Both the position numbers and the translations under genes were made by a program. 64,000 nt of DNA from Fidelibacterota bacterium (GTDB taxonomy: Bacteria > Fidelibacterota > UBA8477 > JABMPR01), in contig JABIFX010000077.1 of the NCBI GenBank assembly GCA_018650445.1, positions 23,476 through 87,475 of the forward strand, read 5' to 3'. The notes under the pieces were generated by a model. That model did no database searches. It saw only the letters and a list, made by a program, of their open reading frames with translations, and was not told the origin of the DNA. Positions 36,987 to 47,128 of this stretch are shown here, one piece after another (position 1 is the stretch's first letter; each line of letters begins with the position of its first letter).

Positions 36987-39900
36987 ATGAATCGATATCA
37001 CTATTTTCTCACATTTGTTCTTGTAGCATTTCTATTTTCCTGTACTTCCAGCAAACCTGGGGAATCCGACTTCGACTATTCCAAAATGGATCGAACCACA
37101 AAAAAAGCTTACCAGGGTGTAGAACGGTTTCTGACCTCTAGCACAAGGGCTGATTCACCACTTGGATTGAATAAATACACAAAAATTGATAGCATCATTG
37201 TTGATTCTGACGCAAAGCAACTTGCAATTCATTTTAATCGGAATCTTGCCAGCATACCTATTCGAGAAAATGTGGTCAAGGACATTCAATCAAGTATTAA
37301 AGAATTCTTAGGTAGAAAATTTAATGACTATACCCTGAGAGTGTATGCTGTCGAATACCCTATTGAAGATCTCATCCCCAATTATTTCCGTGGTAGCAAA
37401 CGCAGTTATGACCAGAGTAGGATGCCTTCACCGGAAAAGAGGCCTCTCCCACTGGTTCGCAACTTGAGCCATAAGTGGATTCCATCTGCTGGCTTGTACA
37501 ATCGTTACATCGCCCTATGGCACAGTCATGGTTGGTATTATGATCAAGAGCTTCAGCGCTGGGAATGGCAACGGCCTAGAGTGTTTCAGACTGTGGAAGA
37601 TCTTCTGCCTATGTCATTCACTTTGAAGTACCTCGTTCCAATGCTGGAAAATGCTGGTGCACAAACCTTTCTGCCCCGTGAGCGTGATCTCCAGACCCAT
37701 GAAGTGATAATTGACAATGATACTCCCAACGTAAAAGCAGCCTATCAGGAATATGGCTCAAAATCAGAAAAATGGAACACTTCAACTGAGTCTGGTTTTG
37801 CCATTGGAACCCCTCCATATATCTCTGGAGACAATCCCTTTTTTATGGGAACATCCCGTAACATCAAGGCAGACACCACTGGAAGCGCCAAGATACGTTG
37901 GATCCCCAGTCTTCCTGAGGCAGGAAAATATGCTGTATCTATCGCCTATAGTGCCGCAGACAGCAATGTAACGGATGCGCATTATACCGTTTTTCATACA
38001 GCTGGTCAGACTGAATTTATCGTGAATCAACAGATTGGCGGCAGTACCTGGATATACCTTGGGACCTTTGATTTCAATCAGGATTTAAATGAAGATATCC
38101 ATCGGGTTGAACTTACCAATAAAAGTACTGAATCAGGTCAATTTGTCAACGCGGATGCTATACGTTTTGGCGGAGGTATTGGTAACATATCGCGTGAAGG
38201 TCAGGTCAGTGGCCGTCCAAGATTTACAGAAGCAGCTCGTTATTATCTGCAATATGCTGGAATGCCAGATACGCTGGTTTACAATTTGAACTCTGATGAG
38301 AGTGATTATAAGGATGATTATCAATGCCGGGCGGAATGGGTCAACTATTTGCGTGGTGCACCCTATGGTCCCAATCTGAACCGTCAGGCACCTGGATTAA
38401 AAATTCCAATCGATCTTTCGCTTGCTTTTCATACCGATGCTGGGTTTGCACGCAATGATACGGTTATTGGCACCTTGTCCATTTACAGTACAGAGGACTC
38501 GGAGGAAAGCGAAGTTTTTCCTGATTCCATGTCACGCATGACCAATCGGGATTTGGCAGATATAATCCAGACTCAAATTGTTAATGATATCCGCGCCAAA
38601 TATGATCCAGCATGGACCCGTCGAATGCTTTGGGATAGAGGATATCACGAAGCATTTAGACCCAATGTTCCATCCGTTTTATTGGAGCTGCTCTCCCACC
38701 AAAATTTTCTTGATATGAAATTTGCCAATGATCCACGCTTCAAATTCGATGCAAGCAGGTCCATCTATAAAGCCATGGTCAGATACATTTCCACTCAGTG
38801 GAATCTTGAATATGTTATCCAACCTCTTCCAGTTTCTCATTTTCAGGCGACCTTTACTGAAACTGATGAACTGAGACTACAATGGCAGCCCGTACTTGAT
38901 CCTTTGGAGAGTACGGCCTCTCCGGAAAAGTATATGTTGTACACGCGGATAGAGGATGAGGGGTTCGACAACGGTATTGTTGTTGATATACCCCAACTCG
39001 ATATCCCAGCTCTTGAAGAGGGTATCATATACAGCTATAAAGTAACTGCCCTCAATGCTGGTGGTGAAAGCTTTCCCTCTGAGATCCTCTCCGTATGCAA
39101 TATGGGTGTAGATAAAGCACCTGTTTTAATTGTGAATGCTTTTGATCGTATTTCGGCAGGCAGTACCATTGAAACGAAGGAATACCTCGGATTTGTTGAT
39201 CTCTGGGATGAAGGTGTCTCAGATGGGTATGATATGAACTATATCGGCTCACAATATGATCTTCTGGCAGATTCGCCGTGGCTTGATGATGATGAGCCGG
39301 GTCATGGTGCCAGTTTCGGGGATATGGAAACTACTATCATACCGGGGAACAGCTTTGATTTTCCTCATTTACACGGGAAATCTTTACGCGAGGCCGGTTA
39401 TTCATTTGTTTCATCCAGTGATGAAGCCATCTGGGATGGGCAACTGGATATAAATAATTATACCTTGGTAGATTTAATATTTGGCGAGGAAAAAGAGGTC
39501 TCTGGTCCAAAGGATTTCAGCCCACGGGATTTCCGTGGTTTTCCAAAATCGTTTCAGGATAAAATCAGATCTTATACCCAATCAGGAGGGAACCTATTTC
39601 TCAGCGGTGCCTATGTTGGTTTTGACCTGTTCGACAATGAGAATGACTCCCTTGACAGGCAATTCGGCGAAGAAGTGCTCAAGTATAAATTCCGAACTGA
39701 TCATGCGGCAAAGACTGGTAAACTCAATGTCATCACTCAAGATTTGTTCCAGTTGGAAACCACACAGATTTTAGAGTTCAATACACGCTACCACCCATCG
39801 CTGTACAAGGTAGAATCACCTGATGCTATTGAACCTTCTGCTCCAGAGGCACTCACCATACTGCGCTATGCTGAAAATAATACCAGTGCAGCCATCGCTG

Positions 39901-40013
39901 CATCTGGAGAATCCAATATCATTGTATTTGGATTCCCCTTTGAGAGTATTCTCTCAGAGACCAGTAGGGATAAGGTCATGGCATCGGTTCTAAAATTTCT
40001 TGACTCCAAGTAG
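36987..40013 (+). CDS. Large (~1000 aa) lipoprotein, hypothetical, with weak resemblance to a cell-wall amidase (Amidase_3-like) core and an FN3-like beta-sandwich segment
   Basis: Probable start MNRYHYF (GGAG 10 nt upstream; track start 36954). Lipobox AFLFSCTS. Motifs LSLAFHTDAG and PSVLLELLSHQNFLD are loosely Amidase_3-like. YSYKVTALNAGGESFPSE is FN3-like. Confidence 0.6.
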   Translation: MNRYHYFLTFVLVAFLFSCTSSKPGESDFDYSKMDRTTKKAYQGVERFLTSSTRADSPLGLNKYTKIDSIIVDSDAKQLAIHFNRNLASIPIRENVVKDIQSSIKEFLGRKFNDYTLRVYAVEYPIEDLIPNYFRGSKRSYDQSRMPSPEKRPLPLVRNLSHKWIPSAGLYNRYIALWHSHGWYYDQELQRWEWQRPRVFQTVEDLLPMSFTLKYLVPMLENAGAQTFLPRERDLQTHEVIIDNDTPNVKAAYQEYGSKSEKWNTSTESGFAIGTPPYISGDNPFFMGTSRNIKADTTGSAKIRWIPSLPEAGKYAVSIAYSAADSNVTDAHYTVFHTAGQTEFIVNQQIGGSTWIYLGTFDFNQDLNEDIHRVELTNKSTESGQFVNADAIRFGGGIGNISREGQVSGRPRFTEAARYYLQYAGMPDTLVYNLNSDESDYKDDYQCRAEWVNYLRGAPYGPNLNRQAPGLKIPIDLSLAFHTDAGFARNDTVIGTLSIYSTEDSEESEVFPDSMSRMTNRDLADIIQTQIVNDIRAKYDPAWTRRMLWDRGYHEAFRPNVPSVLLELLSHQNFLDMKFANDPRFKFDASRSIYKAMVRYISTQWNLEYVIQPLPVSHFQATFTETDELRLQWQPVLDPLESTASPEKYMLYTRIEDEGFDNGIVVDIPQLDIPALEEGIIYSYKVTALNAGGESFPSEILSVCNMGVDKAPVLIVNAFDRISAGSTIETKEYLGFVDLWDEGVSDGYDMNYIGSQYDLLADSPWLDDDEPGHGASFGDMETTIIPGNSFDFPHLHGKSLREAGYSFVSSSDEAIWDGQLDINNYTLVDLIFGEEKEVSGPKDFSPRDFRGFPKSFQDKIRSYTQSGGNLFLSGAYVGFDLFDNENDSLDRQFGEEVLKYKFRTDHAAKTGKLNVITQDLFQLETTQILEFNTRYHPSLYKVESPDAIEPSAPEALTILRYAENNTSAAIAASGESNIIVFGFPFESILSETSRDKVMASVLKFLDSK

Positions 40014-40033
40014 TCCTCGAGTGTCGTAGACAG

Positions 40034-40402
40034 ATGGGATCTCACCCCATAAATTTAGCATTTCGATTCTTTCTGGAGATATCAGCGTTGATATCATTCG
40101 GTCTGTGGGGTTGGAAGGTCTCAGACTCAGCCTGGCGTTATGTGCTTGTTTTGATTGTGCCCCTCATTTTTGCAGCGATCTGGGGTATTTTCAATGTCCC
40201 AGAAGACCCAAGTCGATCTGGGAATGCACCTATTGTCATTGCGGGTGTGTTACGATTTGTATTGGAACTCTCTTTTTTCGGGCTGGCATGTCTGATACTC
40301 TATTACCTGGGGTATTCAAAATTATGGTGGATCATGGGAACTGCTGTGATCCTGCACTACGCTATTTCGTACGATCGCATCTTATGGCTATTCTCACGAT
40401 AA
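40034..40402 (+). CDS. Small 4-TM membrane protein (DUF2568/YrdB-like), hypothetical
   Basis: 122 aa and hydrophobic. Confidence 0.5.
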   Translation: MGSHPINLAFRFFLEISALISFGLWGWKVSDSAWRYVLVLIVPLIFAAIWGIFNVPEDPSRSGNAPIVIAGVLRFVLELSFFGLACLILYYLGYSKLWWIMGTAVILHYAISYDRILWLFSR

Positions 40403-40408
40403 CCTTCT

Positions 40409-41272
40409 ATGAGTATTGAATTAAAAACTGAATACTGGGAAGATCTAGATGCCAGGGAGGCGTTCAAGACATTTATCCTTGATATTCATGGGCTTGATTT
40501 CACAGAATGGGAGGCACGCGGATATTGGGACAATGCCTATACCCCATTTTCCTATTTTAAGGATGGGCAAGTCATTGCTAGTGTTTGTATATATCTACTC
40601 GATGCGATAATCGCTGGCAGGCAAACCAAACTGATACAGATCTCCGGTGTGGGCACTCACGAGGACTGGCGAAGACAAGGTTTAAGCAGGGAGCTAACGG
40701 ATCTGGGGCTGCAATGGGCCAGGGGTCAGCATGAGGGTGTTTTCCTTTTTGCAGATGAGGAAGCCATTCCCTACTATGAACGTTGTGGGTATTCCTCCCT
40801 CAGCGAAACCCTGGAATTTTATCATCCTGAGCAAGTTCCAAACAAGCAAGGGTTGATTCATCTTGATCCCTCAAATCAAGAGCATCTGGATAAAATTTAC
40901 AACTATGCAAAAAATAGAGCACCAATCTCAGACAAATTCAGTGTGTTCAGTTCCAAATTGCTCATGTTTCATGCACTTTACACAATCCGTAACAATATTT
41001 ACGAGATTCCAGATCTAGAGTGTCTGGTATTTTTTGGTAGAGAAGGCGATGTGGTAAATGTTTATGATATTCTGGGCAGGACAATCCCTTCATTCGAAAA
41101 GATATATCCTTACATTTCTTCAGAAGCAGACAGACGGATAAATTTTTACTTCCACACAGATAAACTTGGAATCAGGAAAATTCAGACTGATATCATTACG
41201 GGGAATAACACCTTTGTTAAGGAATCATTCCCCGTATCAGCACCTGCTTTTCCGTTCACGTCAAGGGCTTGA
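40409..41272 (+). CDS. GNAT-family N-acetyltransferase
   Basis: Motif A region VGTHEDWRRQGLSRELTDLGLQWA; 287 aa. Confidence 0.65.
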   Translation: MSIELKTEYWEDLDAREAFKTFILDIHGLDFTEWEARGYWDNAYTPFSYFKDGQVIASVCIYLLDAIIAGRQTKLIQISGVGTHEDWRRQGLSRELTDLGLQWARGQHEGVFLFADEEAIPYYERCGYSSLSETLEFYHPEQVPNKQGLIHLDPSNQEHLDKIYNYAKNRAPISDKFSVFSSKLLMFHALYTIRNNIYEIPDLECLVFFGREGDVVNVYDILGRTIPSFEKIYPYISSEADRRINFYFHTDKLGIRKIQTDIITGNNTFVKESFPVSAPAFPFTSRA

Positions 41273-41309
41273 TGTCAACAGAAAGCGCGGCTTATTTAAA
41301 GAAATACTG

Positions 41310-42950
41310 TTAAATCTTGGGACCTGCCGCAATCACTTCAGCGGTGACACCATCCTCGAATTGTTTAAAATTTTCCACAAATTTTACAGCCAGATTCTGA
41401 TACCGTCTCTTGTAGTCATCCTTATCCGCCCAGGTTGAGATTGGATCAAGGATTCCTGAGGGTACATCAGGACAGCTTTCTGGAATTTCGAATCCGAATA
41501 CTGGATCTTGCCTAAACTTTACTGCGTCCAGTCCCCCATCCAGAGCTGCATTAAGCAATGCCCGTGTATGTTGAATACTGATGCGATTTCCCACTCCAAA
41601 TGGTCCACCTGTCCAACCTGTGTTAATCAGCCAGCAATTCACATTGTGCTTCAGCATGCGTTCTTTCAACAATTGGGCATACACATAGGGATGGTGTACC
41701 ATGAAAGGTGCGCCAAAACAGGCACTGAAAGTGCTAATTGGATCGGCCCCCAGGCCTATCTCTGTACCGCCCACCTTGGATGTATAACCAGAAATAAAGT
41801 GGTACATGGCTTGATCAGCGCTTAATCTGGATATGGGTGGTAACACACCGGAAACATCGCAGGTGAGCATGAAAATATTTTTGGGATTGCCACCACGAGC
41901 ACCAGGGACAGCGTTACTGATAAATTCCAGAGGATAGGATGCGCGGGTGTTCTCAGTATACATATCGTCATCCAGATCGAGATGTCGAAAGCGACCGCCA
42001 AAGACCACATTTTCTAGAATAGTACCGAACATCTGTGTCACAGCATAGATTTGTGGCTCAGCTTCTGGATTGAGGTTGATAACCTTTGCGTAGCAGCCCC
42101 CTTCAAAATTGAAGACCCCATCATCACTCCACCCATGCTCATCATCTCCGATAAGTCCGCGATTCACATCAGCAGAAAGCGTGGTTTTGCCTGTCCCGGA
42201 TAACCCAAAGAAAATAGCCACATCTCCTTTTTGGCCTACATTGGCTGAGCAATGCATGGTCAGGACGTCTCTTTTTGGCAGGAGGTAATTCATGATAGTG
42301 AAAAAAGATTTTTTGATCTCACCACCATACTTGGAACCACCGATAATAGCCAATCTCTCCTCAAAATTGAGAATAATGAATGTTTCACTGTGTAAATCGT
42401 CATATTCTGGATCTGCTTTAAAATCGGGAGCGGATATTAATGTGAATTCAGGAACATGTTCCTTGAGCTTTTCATCATCACGTTCAATCACAAACATATT
42501 TCTGGCAAACAAACTATGCCAGGCAAACTGGGTAATCACACGGATGGGCATGCCATAATTTTCATCGGCTCCAACATAGCAATCCTGAACAAATACATCC
42601 TTGCCCTGGAGGTAGCCTTTGAGGCGGTTAGATAGATTGGCGAATTTCTTTTTTGTATAAGGTTTGTTGTGCTTACCCCACCAAATATCATGCTTGGTAG
42701 AAGATTCACGAACTACAAATTTATCATGGGCGGCACGCGCGGTATGCTCACCTGTGTAGACCAGGAGTGGACCATTGTGGGCAATCTTGCCCTCTTCACG
42801 ATCAAGAATCTCTTCATAGAGTTCAGATGTGGATAAATTCCAAAAAACATCGTTCAAATGTTTTAGACCATGATTTTCTAATCCATGATCACTGGCTAAT
42901 GTACCAGCATATTGAGATTTTTTCATTTCATCGCGTAATTGACGTTTCAT
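41310..42950 (-). CDS. pckA: Phosphoenolpyruvate carboxykinase (ATP)
   Basis: Kinase-1a motif GLSGTGKTTLS and PEPCK-ATP-specific regions. Probable start MKRQLRDE (track start 42998). Confidence 0.93.
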   Translation of the reverse strand: MKRQLRDEMKKSQYAGTLASDHGLENHGLKHLNDVFWNLSTSELYEEILDREEGKIAHNGPLLVYTGEHTARAAHDKFVVRESSTKHDIWWGKHNKPYTKKKFANLSNRLKGYLQGKDVFVQDCYVGADENYGMPIRVITQFAWHSLFARNMFVIERDDEKLKEHVPEFTLISAPDFKADPEYDDLHSETFIILNFEERLAIIGGSKYGGEIKKSFFTIMNYLLPKRDVLTMHCSANVGQKGDVAIFFGLSGTGKTTLSADVNRGLIGDDEHGWSDDGVFNFEGGCYAKVINLNPEAEPQIYAVTQMFGTILENVVFGGRFRHLDLDDDMYTENTRASYPLEFISNAVPGARGGNPKNIFMLTCDVSGVLPPISRLSADQAMYHFISGYTSKVGGTEIGLGADPISTFSACFGAPFMVHHPYVYAQLLKERMLKHNVNCWLINTGWTGGPFGVGNRISIQHTRALLNAALDGGLDAVKFRQDPVFGFEIPESCPDVPSGILDPISTWADKDDYKRRYQNLAVKFVENFKQFEDGVTAEVIAAGPKI

Positions 42951-43079
42951 TACATCCCCGGATTTTGTGATAATTATTGTCACCACAAGGTTAAACATGG
43001 GTTTTCAACATGCAAAGAATTGTTTCAAAAAAAACTCCGTCATTTGGACGGAGTTTTAAGTCTGAGCTGTCCTTATATC

Positions 43080-43856
43080 TTAATGAGGAAATTTAACTTT
43101 TGTCCACACCTCGATATCATTTTGATCCCTTCCTGAACCAGGGAATCCACCAGGTCTGCCACCCCCTCTTTGACCACCACCCATGCCTCCAGATCTACCT
43201 CCCCTTTGACCACCACTACTCATGACGCCAGAACGACCACCAACCAGGGCAGGTCTTTCAATACTTGACTCCAGACCGAGTCCCAATTTTTCCATCTTGA
43301 ACTCTTCACCAAGCATGGCCAGTGGAATCTGATATTCTATAAAAAGGGTTTCATCAATTGAGTTGGCTGATGCCAGGAGATCTGCTGGTCCCAGACTTTT
43401 CCCGGCTTTGGTATCTGAAACAATTAGAGTCAGATCTCCGTTAAACACTTCGGGGAGATCAAATCTTCTATCTCGATCCTGTTTGGCATCCCGCTGTCTT
43501 CTACGCGATGCACCTGAGCGTTTCTCTCGAGGTATGATACCCTCAAATTTGATTCCAAGATTCTGGCGTTTGCCCCCTTTTACATCCAGCCACAAGTTGA
43601 GCCCCCCTATGGCCAGTTGACGTTTAAAATCTTGGTCAATACTACTGATGGCAACATACAGATAATTTTTATCATGACTTAACCCAAGAGCAAACTTCTC
43701 ACCATCCGGAATCTGAAATCGACCCGTCCATTCTGATCGTTGCCCATCTGTTCTAAATTCCTTTGTAGCAGTCTGGCTAACGTATGTGGTACTACTACAG
43801 GCATTCAGTATTAGCACCAGGGTTGTTAATGCAGTTATATTCCATTTTCTATTCAT
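43080..43856 (-). CDS. Lipoprotein with an Arg/Gly-rich (RGG-like) low-complexity C-terminal tail, hypothetical
   Basis: Lipobox LILNACSS. The tail reads GGRSGVMSSGGQRGGRSGGMGGGQRGGGRPGGFPGSGR. Confidence 0.6.
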   Translation of the reverse strand: MNRKWNITALTTLVLILNACSSTTYVSQTATKEFRTDGQRSEWTGRFQIPDGEKFALGLSHDKNYLYVAISSIDQDFKRQLAIGGLNLWLDVKGGKRQNLGIKFEGIIPREKRSGASRRRQRDAKQDRDRRFDLPEVFNGDLTLIVSDTKAGKSLGPADLLASANSIDETLFIEYQIPLAMLGEEFKMEKLGLGLESSIERPALVGGRSGVMSSGGQRGGRSGGMGGGQRGGGRPGGFPGSGRDQNDIEVWTKVKFPH

Positions 43857-43933
43857 TTCAATTCCTACTTAGCTATAAAATCCATGTCACACCTTTGACA
43901 TAGATTCCTCAGAATGGTTAAGATGCGCTTCTA

Positions 43934-45079
43934 TTATTGGAGTAGTTGAGTAATTCTTTTTATCAGAATCGCTGAAGCCTGCTGTACTTGAGCTTCGTCG
44001 CAAAATCGGCCAAGAGAAATTCTTATGGTTCCAAGCTGATAGTTTAGGGGGATGTGCATGGCTTCAAGGACACCTGATCCCTTTCCATCTGCACTATGAC
44101 AGGCAGCACCTGCAGAAAGCAGGACTTCATCCAGATTTGCGAGGATATCCAGGGCATTTAGCTCAGCAAAACTGACACTCAGAGTATTGGGAAGTCTCTG
44201 CGTATTGCCTGCATTAACCCGGATTTCAGGAAATGCCTGCTTTAAACTGGCCTGTAATCGATCACGTAAATTCTGTTGTCGGAGCATCTCAGATTCTAAT
44301 TTTTGAGATGCAATTTCAGCTGCCATTCCCAGTCCCACTATCTGAGCAACATTTTCAGTTCCAGCTCGCATTCCATTTTCATGATTAGCACCATGTATGA
44401 GGGGCTCTAAATCTACACCGCCTTTGATGTAAATGGCTCCAACTCCTTTGGGCGCATACAGTTTATGACCAGCCAAGCTCAAGAGGTCACAACCTAAGTC
44501 GCTTACATCGACAGGAATCTTTCCAACAGATTGGGCTGCATCGGTGTGAAATACCGCACCGGCAGCATGGGCGACCTCAGCTAACTCATTAATAGGTTGA
44601 ATACTACCAATCTCATTGTTGGCGTGCATCACAGATACCAGGATGGTTTTTGAAGTTATGATCTCTTCCAAGTCATCAGCCCGGACCACTCCCTGACCAT
44701 CAACTGGAAGATATGTGATTCTGAAACCTTGATGTTGTAAATATTGAACCACATTCAGGATGGCGGGATGCTCAACTTTAGACACAATAATATGCTGACC
44801 CTGATCAGCTCGTCTAGAAGCAATTCCCTTCAGTGCCATATTGTTGGATTCCGAGCCTCCAGAGGTGAATATGATATCCTCTTGCTGGCATCCCAGCAGA
44901 CCGGCTACTTGCTCTCTAGCAAAATCAATAGCCTGTCGATTGTAATTCCCAAGACTATGATTGGAAGAAGCGTTCCCAAAATGCGAATGATAAAAAGGCT
45001 CCATCGCTTCAAATACCATTGGATCAATGGGGGTAGTTGCATTGTAATCGAGGTAAATATTTCCATTGGCTAACAACAA
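43934..45079 (-). CDS. Cysteine desulfurase (class V aminotransferase, IscS/NifS-like)
   Basis: PLP-Lys motif SLAGHKLYAPKG and active-site Cys loop AGAACHS. Confidence 0.88.
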   Translation of the reverse strand: MLLANGNIYLDYNATTPIDPMVFEAMEPFYHSHFGNASSNHSLGNYNRQAIDFAREQVAGLLGCQQEDIIFTSGGSESNNMALKGIASRRADQGQHIIVSKVEHPAILNVVQYLQHQGFRITYLPVDGQGVVRADDLEEIITSKTILVSVMHANNEIGSIQPINELAEVAHAAGAVFHTDAAQSVGKIPVDVSDLGCDLLSLAGHKLYAPKGVGAIYIKGGVDLEPLIHGANHENGMRAGTENVAQIVGLGMAAEIASQKLESEMLRQQNLRDRLQASLKQAFPEIRVNAGNTQRLPNTLSVSFAELNALDILANLDEVLLSAGAACHSADGKGSGVLEAMHIPLNYQLGTIRISLGRFCDEAQVQQASAILIKRITQLLQ

Positions 45080-45218
45080 GGTTCACTCCTTTCTAGATAA
45101 GATGAATGAACATATGAAATTAACCTGCGCACGCAGACTCCCTTAGACAAATCTAACGAACTTAACCTTCTCAAAATATAGTCGTCTAAAAGCACAGAAT
45201 ATTGAAAGGAACCCAAAT

Positions 45219-45701
45219 ATGTACAAAATCACCAAACGTTTTATCCTCCCCCTGCTGATCCTGGCATTCACTCTGCCTACATTTGCGCAGAGGGGATCTG
45301 CAAGAGATGGTGCTGGTCCTGGGAAAGAAGGTAGACTTCAGGAATTGCAACTGACTGACGAGCAGGAAGATCGGATGCAGGATCTACGGTATGACCATGC
45401 GAAGATCCTGATTGATCTGAAGGCCGATTTAAAAACCGCTCAACTTGAGCTGAAAAGGCTCAAACAGGCTGATGAACCAATTAAGAAGAAAATTCACGCT
45501 CAGATCGAAAAAGTTGGCAAGCAACGCATCGCTATTGATAAGGCGCGGGCTGATCACCACCTTGAAATTCGCAAAGTGCTGACAGAAGACCAGTTCAAGA
45601 TTTTTCAGAAGAAGATGAGAGCTAAGGCTGGACACAGAGGCAACCGAAAAGGTGGACGTTCTGGAGAGCGGGACGATGACCGTAGACCCTATAGAAAGTA
45701 A
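45219..45701 (+). CDS. Periplasmic Spy/CpxP-family protein (LTxxQ-motif chaperone/stress protein)
   Basis: Signal peptide, two LTxxQ motifs (LTDEQEDRM, LTEDQFKIF) and a basic tail. Confidence 0.75.
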   Translation: MYKITKRFILPLLILAFTLPTFAQRGSARDGAGPGKEGRLQELQLTDEQEDRMQDLRYDHAKILIDLKADLKTAQLELKRLKQADEPIKKKIHAQIEKVGKQRIAIDKARADHHLEIRKVLTEDQFKIFQKKMRAKAGHRGNRKGGRSGERDDDRRPYRK

Positions 45702-45722
45702 ATCTTCTTCCTCCCTAGAAGT

Positions 45723-45755
45723 AAAAAAAGCACCCCGATGTCTGGGGTGCTTTTT
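45723..45755. terminator. Bidirectional intrinsic terminator (gcacccc-gatgtct-ggggtgc flanked by A7/T5) between convergent genes
   Basis: The sequence aaaaaaagcaccccgatgtctggggtgcttttta. Confidence 0.8.
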
Positions 45756-45782
45756 ATTTATCCTCAAATTGATTAAAGCTCG

Positions 45783-46976
45783 CTAGCTGATTACGCCTGC
45801 TTCAGCTTGAAGCTTGAAAAAGGTAATTTCAGAGGGTACTCCCAGACGAAGTGGAGGTCCCCAGTATCCGGTACCCCGATTTACATAGACTTGCATTTTG
45901 CCGTGCTGATAAAGACCAGCATAGTATTTGTGCGCTTTTGCAACAGCCAGGTGAAAGGGCATAAACTGACCACCGTGAGTATGTCCACATACCATAAGAT
46001 CAATGGACAGATTCTGAGTCAAATCAGCCGTTCCTGGCTGGTGGGCAAGCATAATGCTTGGTATATCATCAGGAACGCCTTTCATGGCCTTCTGAGGGTC
46101 GCTTTTATGTGATTTGACAGTATGATGAGCCATAAGATCGGTGACCCCGGCAATTGCCAATGAAGCCTCACCCTTTTTTAAAATACGATGTTCGTTTTCA
46201 AGATGAATCATCCCCAGCTCACCTACTTTGTTCACCCATTGCATTGCACCCGAATAATATTCATGATTACCGGTGACGAAATAGGTACCATATTTAGACT
46301 TTAAATCTCGTAGTGGTTCGACATCCATTGACAATCGATCAACAGATCCATCTACCATATCTCCTGTGAAAAATATGAGATCTGGCTGGAGGGCATTGAC
46401 CTGGTCAACAACCATTCGGGTGTAATCTGCTTTGATAGTGGGACCAACATGCAAATCTGAAATCTGAGCAATCTTCAATCCTTGAAATTCTGCAGGTAGA
46501 TTTGGGATGGTAATGCTTTGGGTGATGATGGTAGCCTTTCGCCGAGCCTGAAGTAATCCAATCCCACCCAAAACAGAAGTAACGCCTACAATTCCCAGAT
46601 TCATAGACATCAGCAGAAATTGTCTCCGCCCAGGATCCAATTCAATGCTGCCGGGACTACTATTGGTAATTGATTTCAGAATTTTGAATGAAAGAGTACC
46701 TGTCACCCACCCTAGGTCTCGGATAATAAAGGCTATGAAGGCTAATGAGAACAAGCCCATACCAATAAATCCAAGCCACAAAAAAGCATCGATGAAAAAA
46801 TTCTCCAACCCTTTGGATCGAAAGATCATCCCTGCGATAGGGGCGACAGCCAACAGGACAATAATTGCCCAATATACAAAAAGGCTCACACCTGAGATAT
46901 CAAAGGGAGCAACCACTCTTGCACCCACATACCCATACAGGAGGGTCATGACAAAAACGACAACAATAAAAAACAC
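45783..46976 (-). CDS. Membrane-anchored metallophosphoesterase (calcineurin-like, YkuE-type)
   Basis: Three to four N-terminal TM segments. Motifs DLHVG, GDMVDG, GNHEYY and GHTHGGQ. Confidence 0.8.
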   Translation of the reverse strand: MFFIVVVFVMTLLYGYVGARVVAPFDISGVSLFVYWAIIVLLAVAPIAGMIFRSKGLENFFIDAFLWLGFIGMGLFSLAFIAFIIRDLGWVTGTLSFKILKSITNSSPGSIELDPGRRQFLLMSMNLGIVGVTSVLGGIGLLQARRKATIITQSITIPNLPAEFQGLKIAQISDLHVGPTIKADYTRMVVDQVNALQPDLIFFTGDMVDGSVDRLSMDVEPLRDLKSKYGTYFVTGNHEYYSGAMQWVNKVGELGMIHLENEHRILKKGEASLAIAGVTDLMAHHTVKSHKSDPQKAMKGVPDDIPSIMLAHQPGTADLTQNLSIDLMVCGHTHGGQFMPFHLAVAKAHKYYAGLYQHGKMQVYVNRGTGYWGPPLRLGVPSEITFFKLQAEAGVIS

Positions 46977-47128
46977 AACTTATCCTTTTCTTTCCCCAGA
47001 ATGAACTAAATCAAAACAGGCAATGAGTCAATCCCTTTCTGATTCAAATTGCGGGGTGCTTTCAAGCGAAGCAATTCTATATTGTGCCACGTCCACTGTA
47101 ACAGCAATTAAATCTCGAGGTCTTTTCT

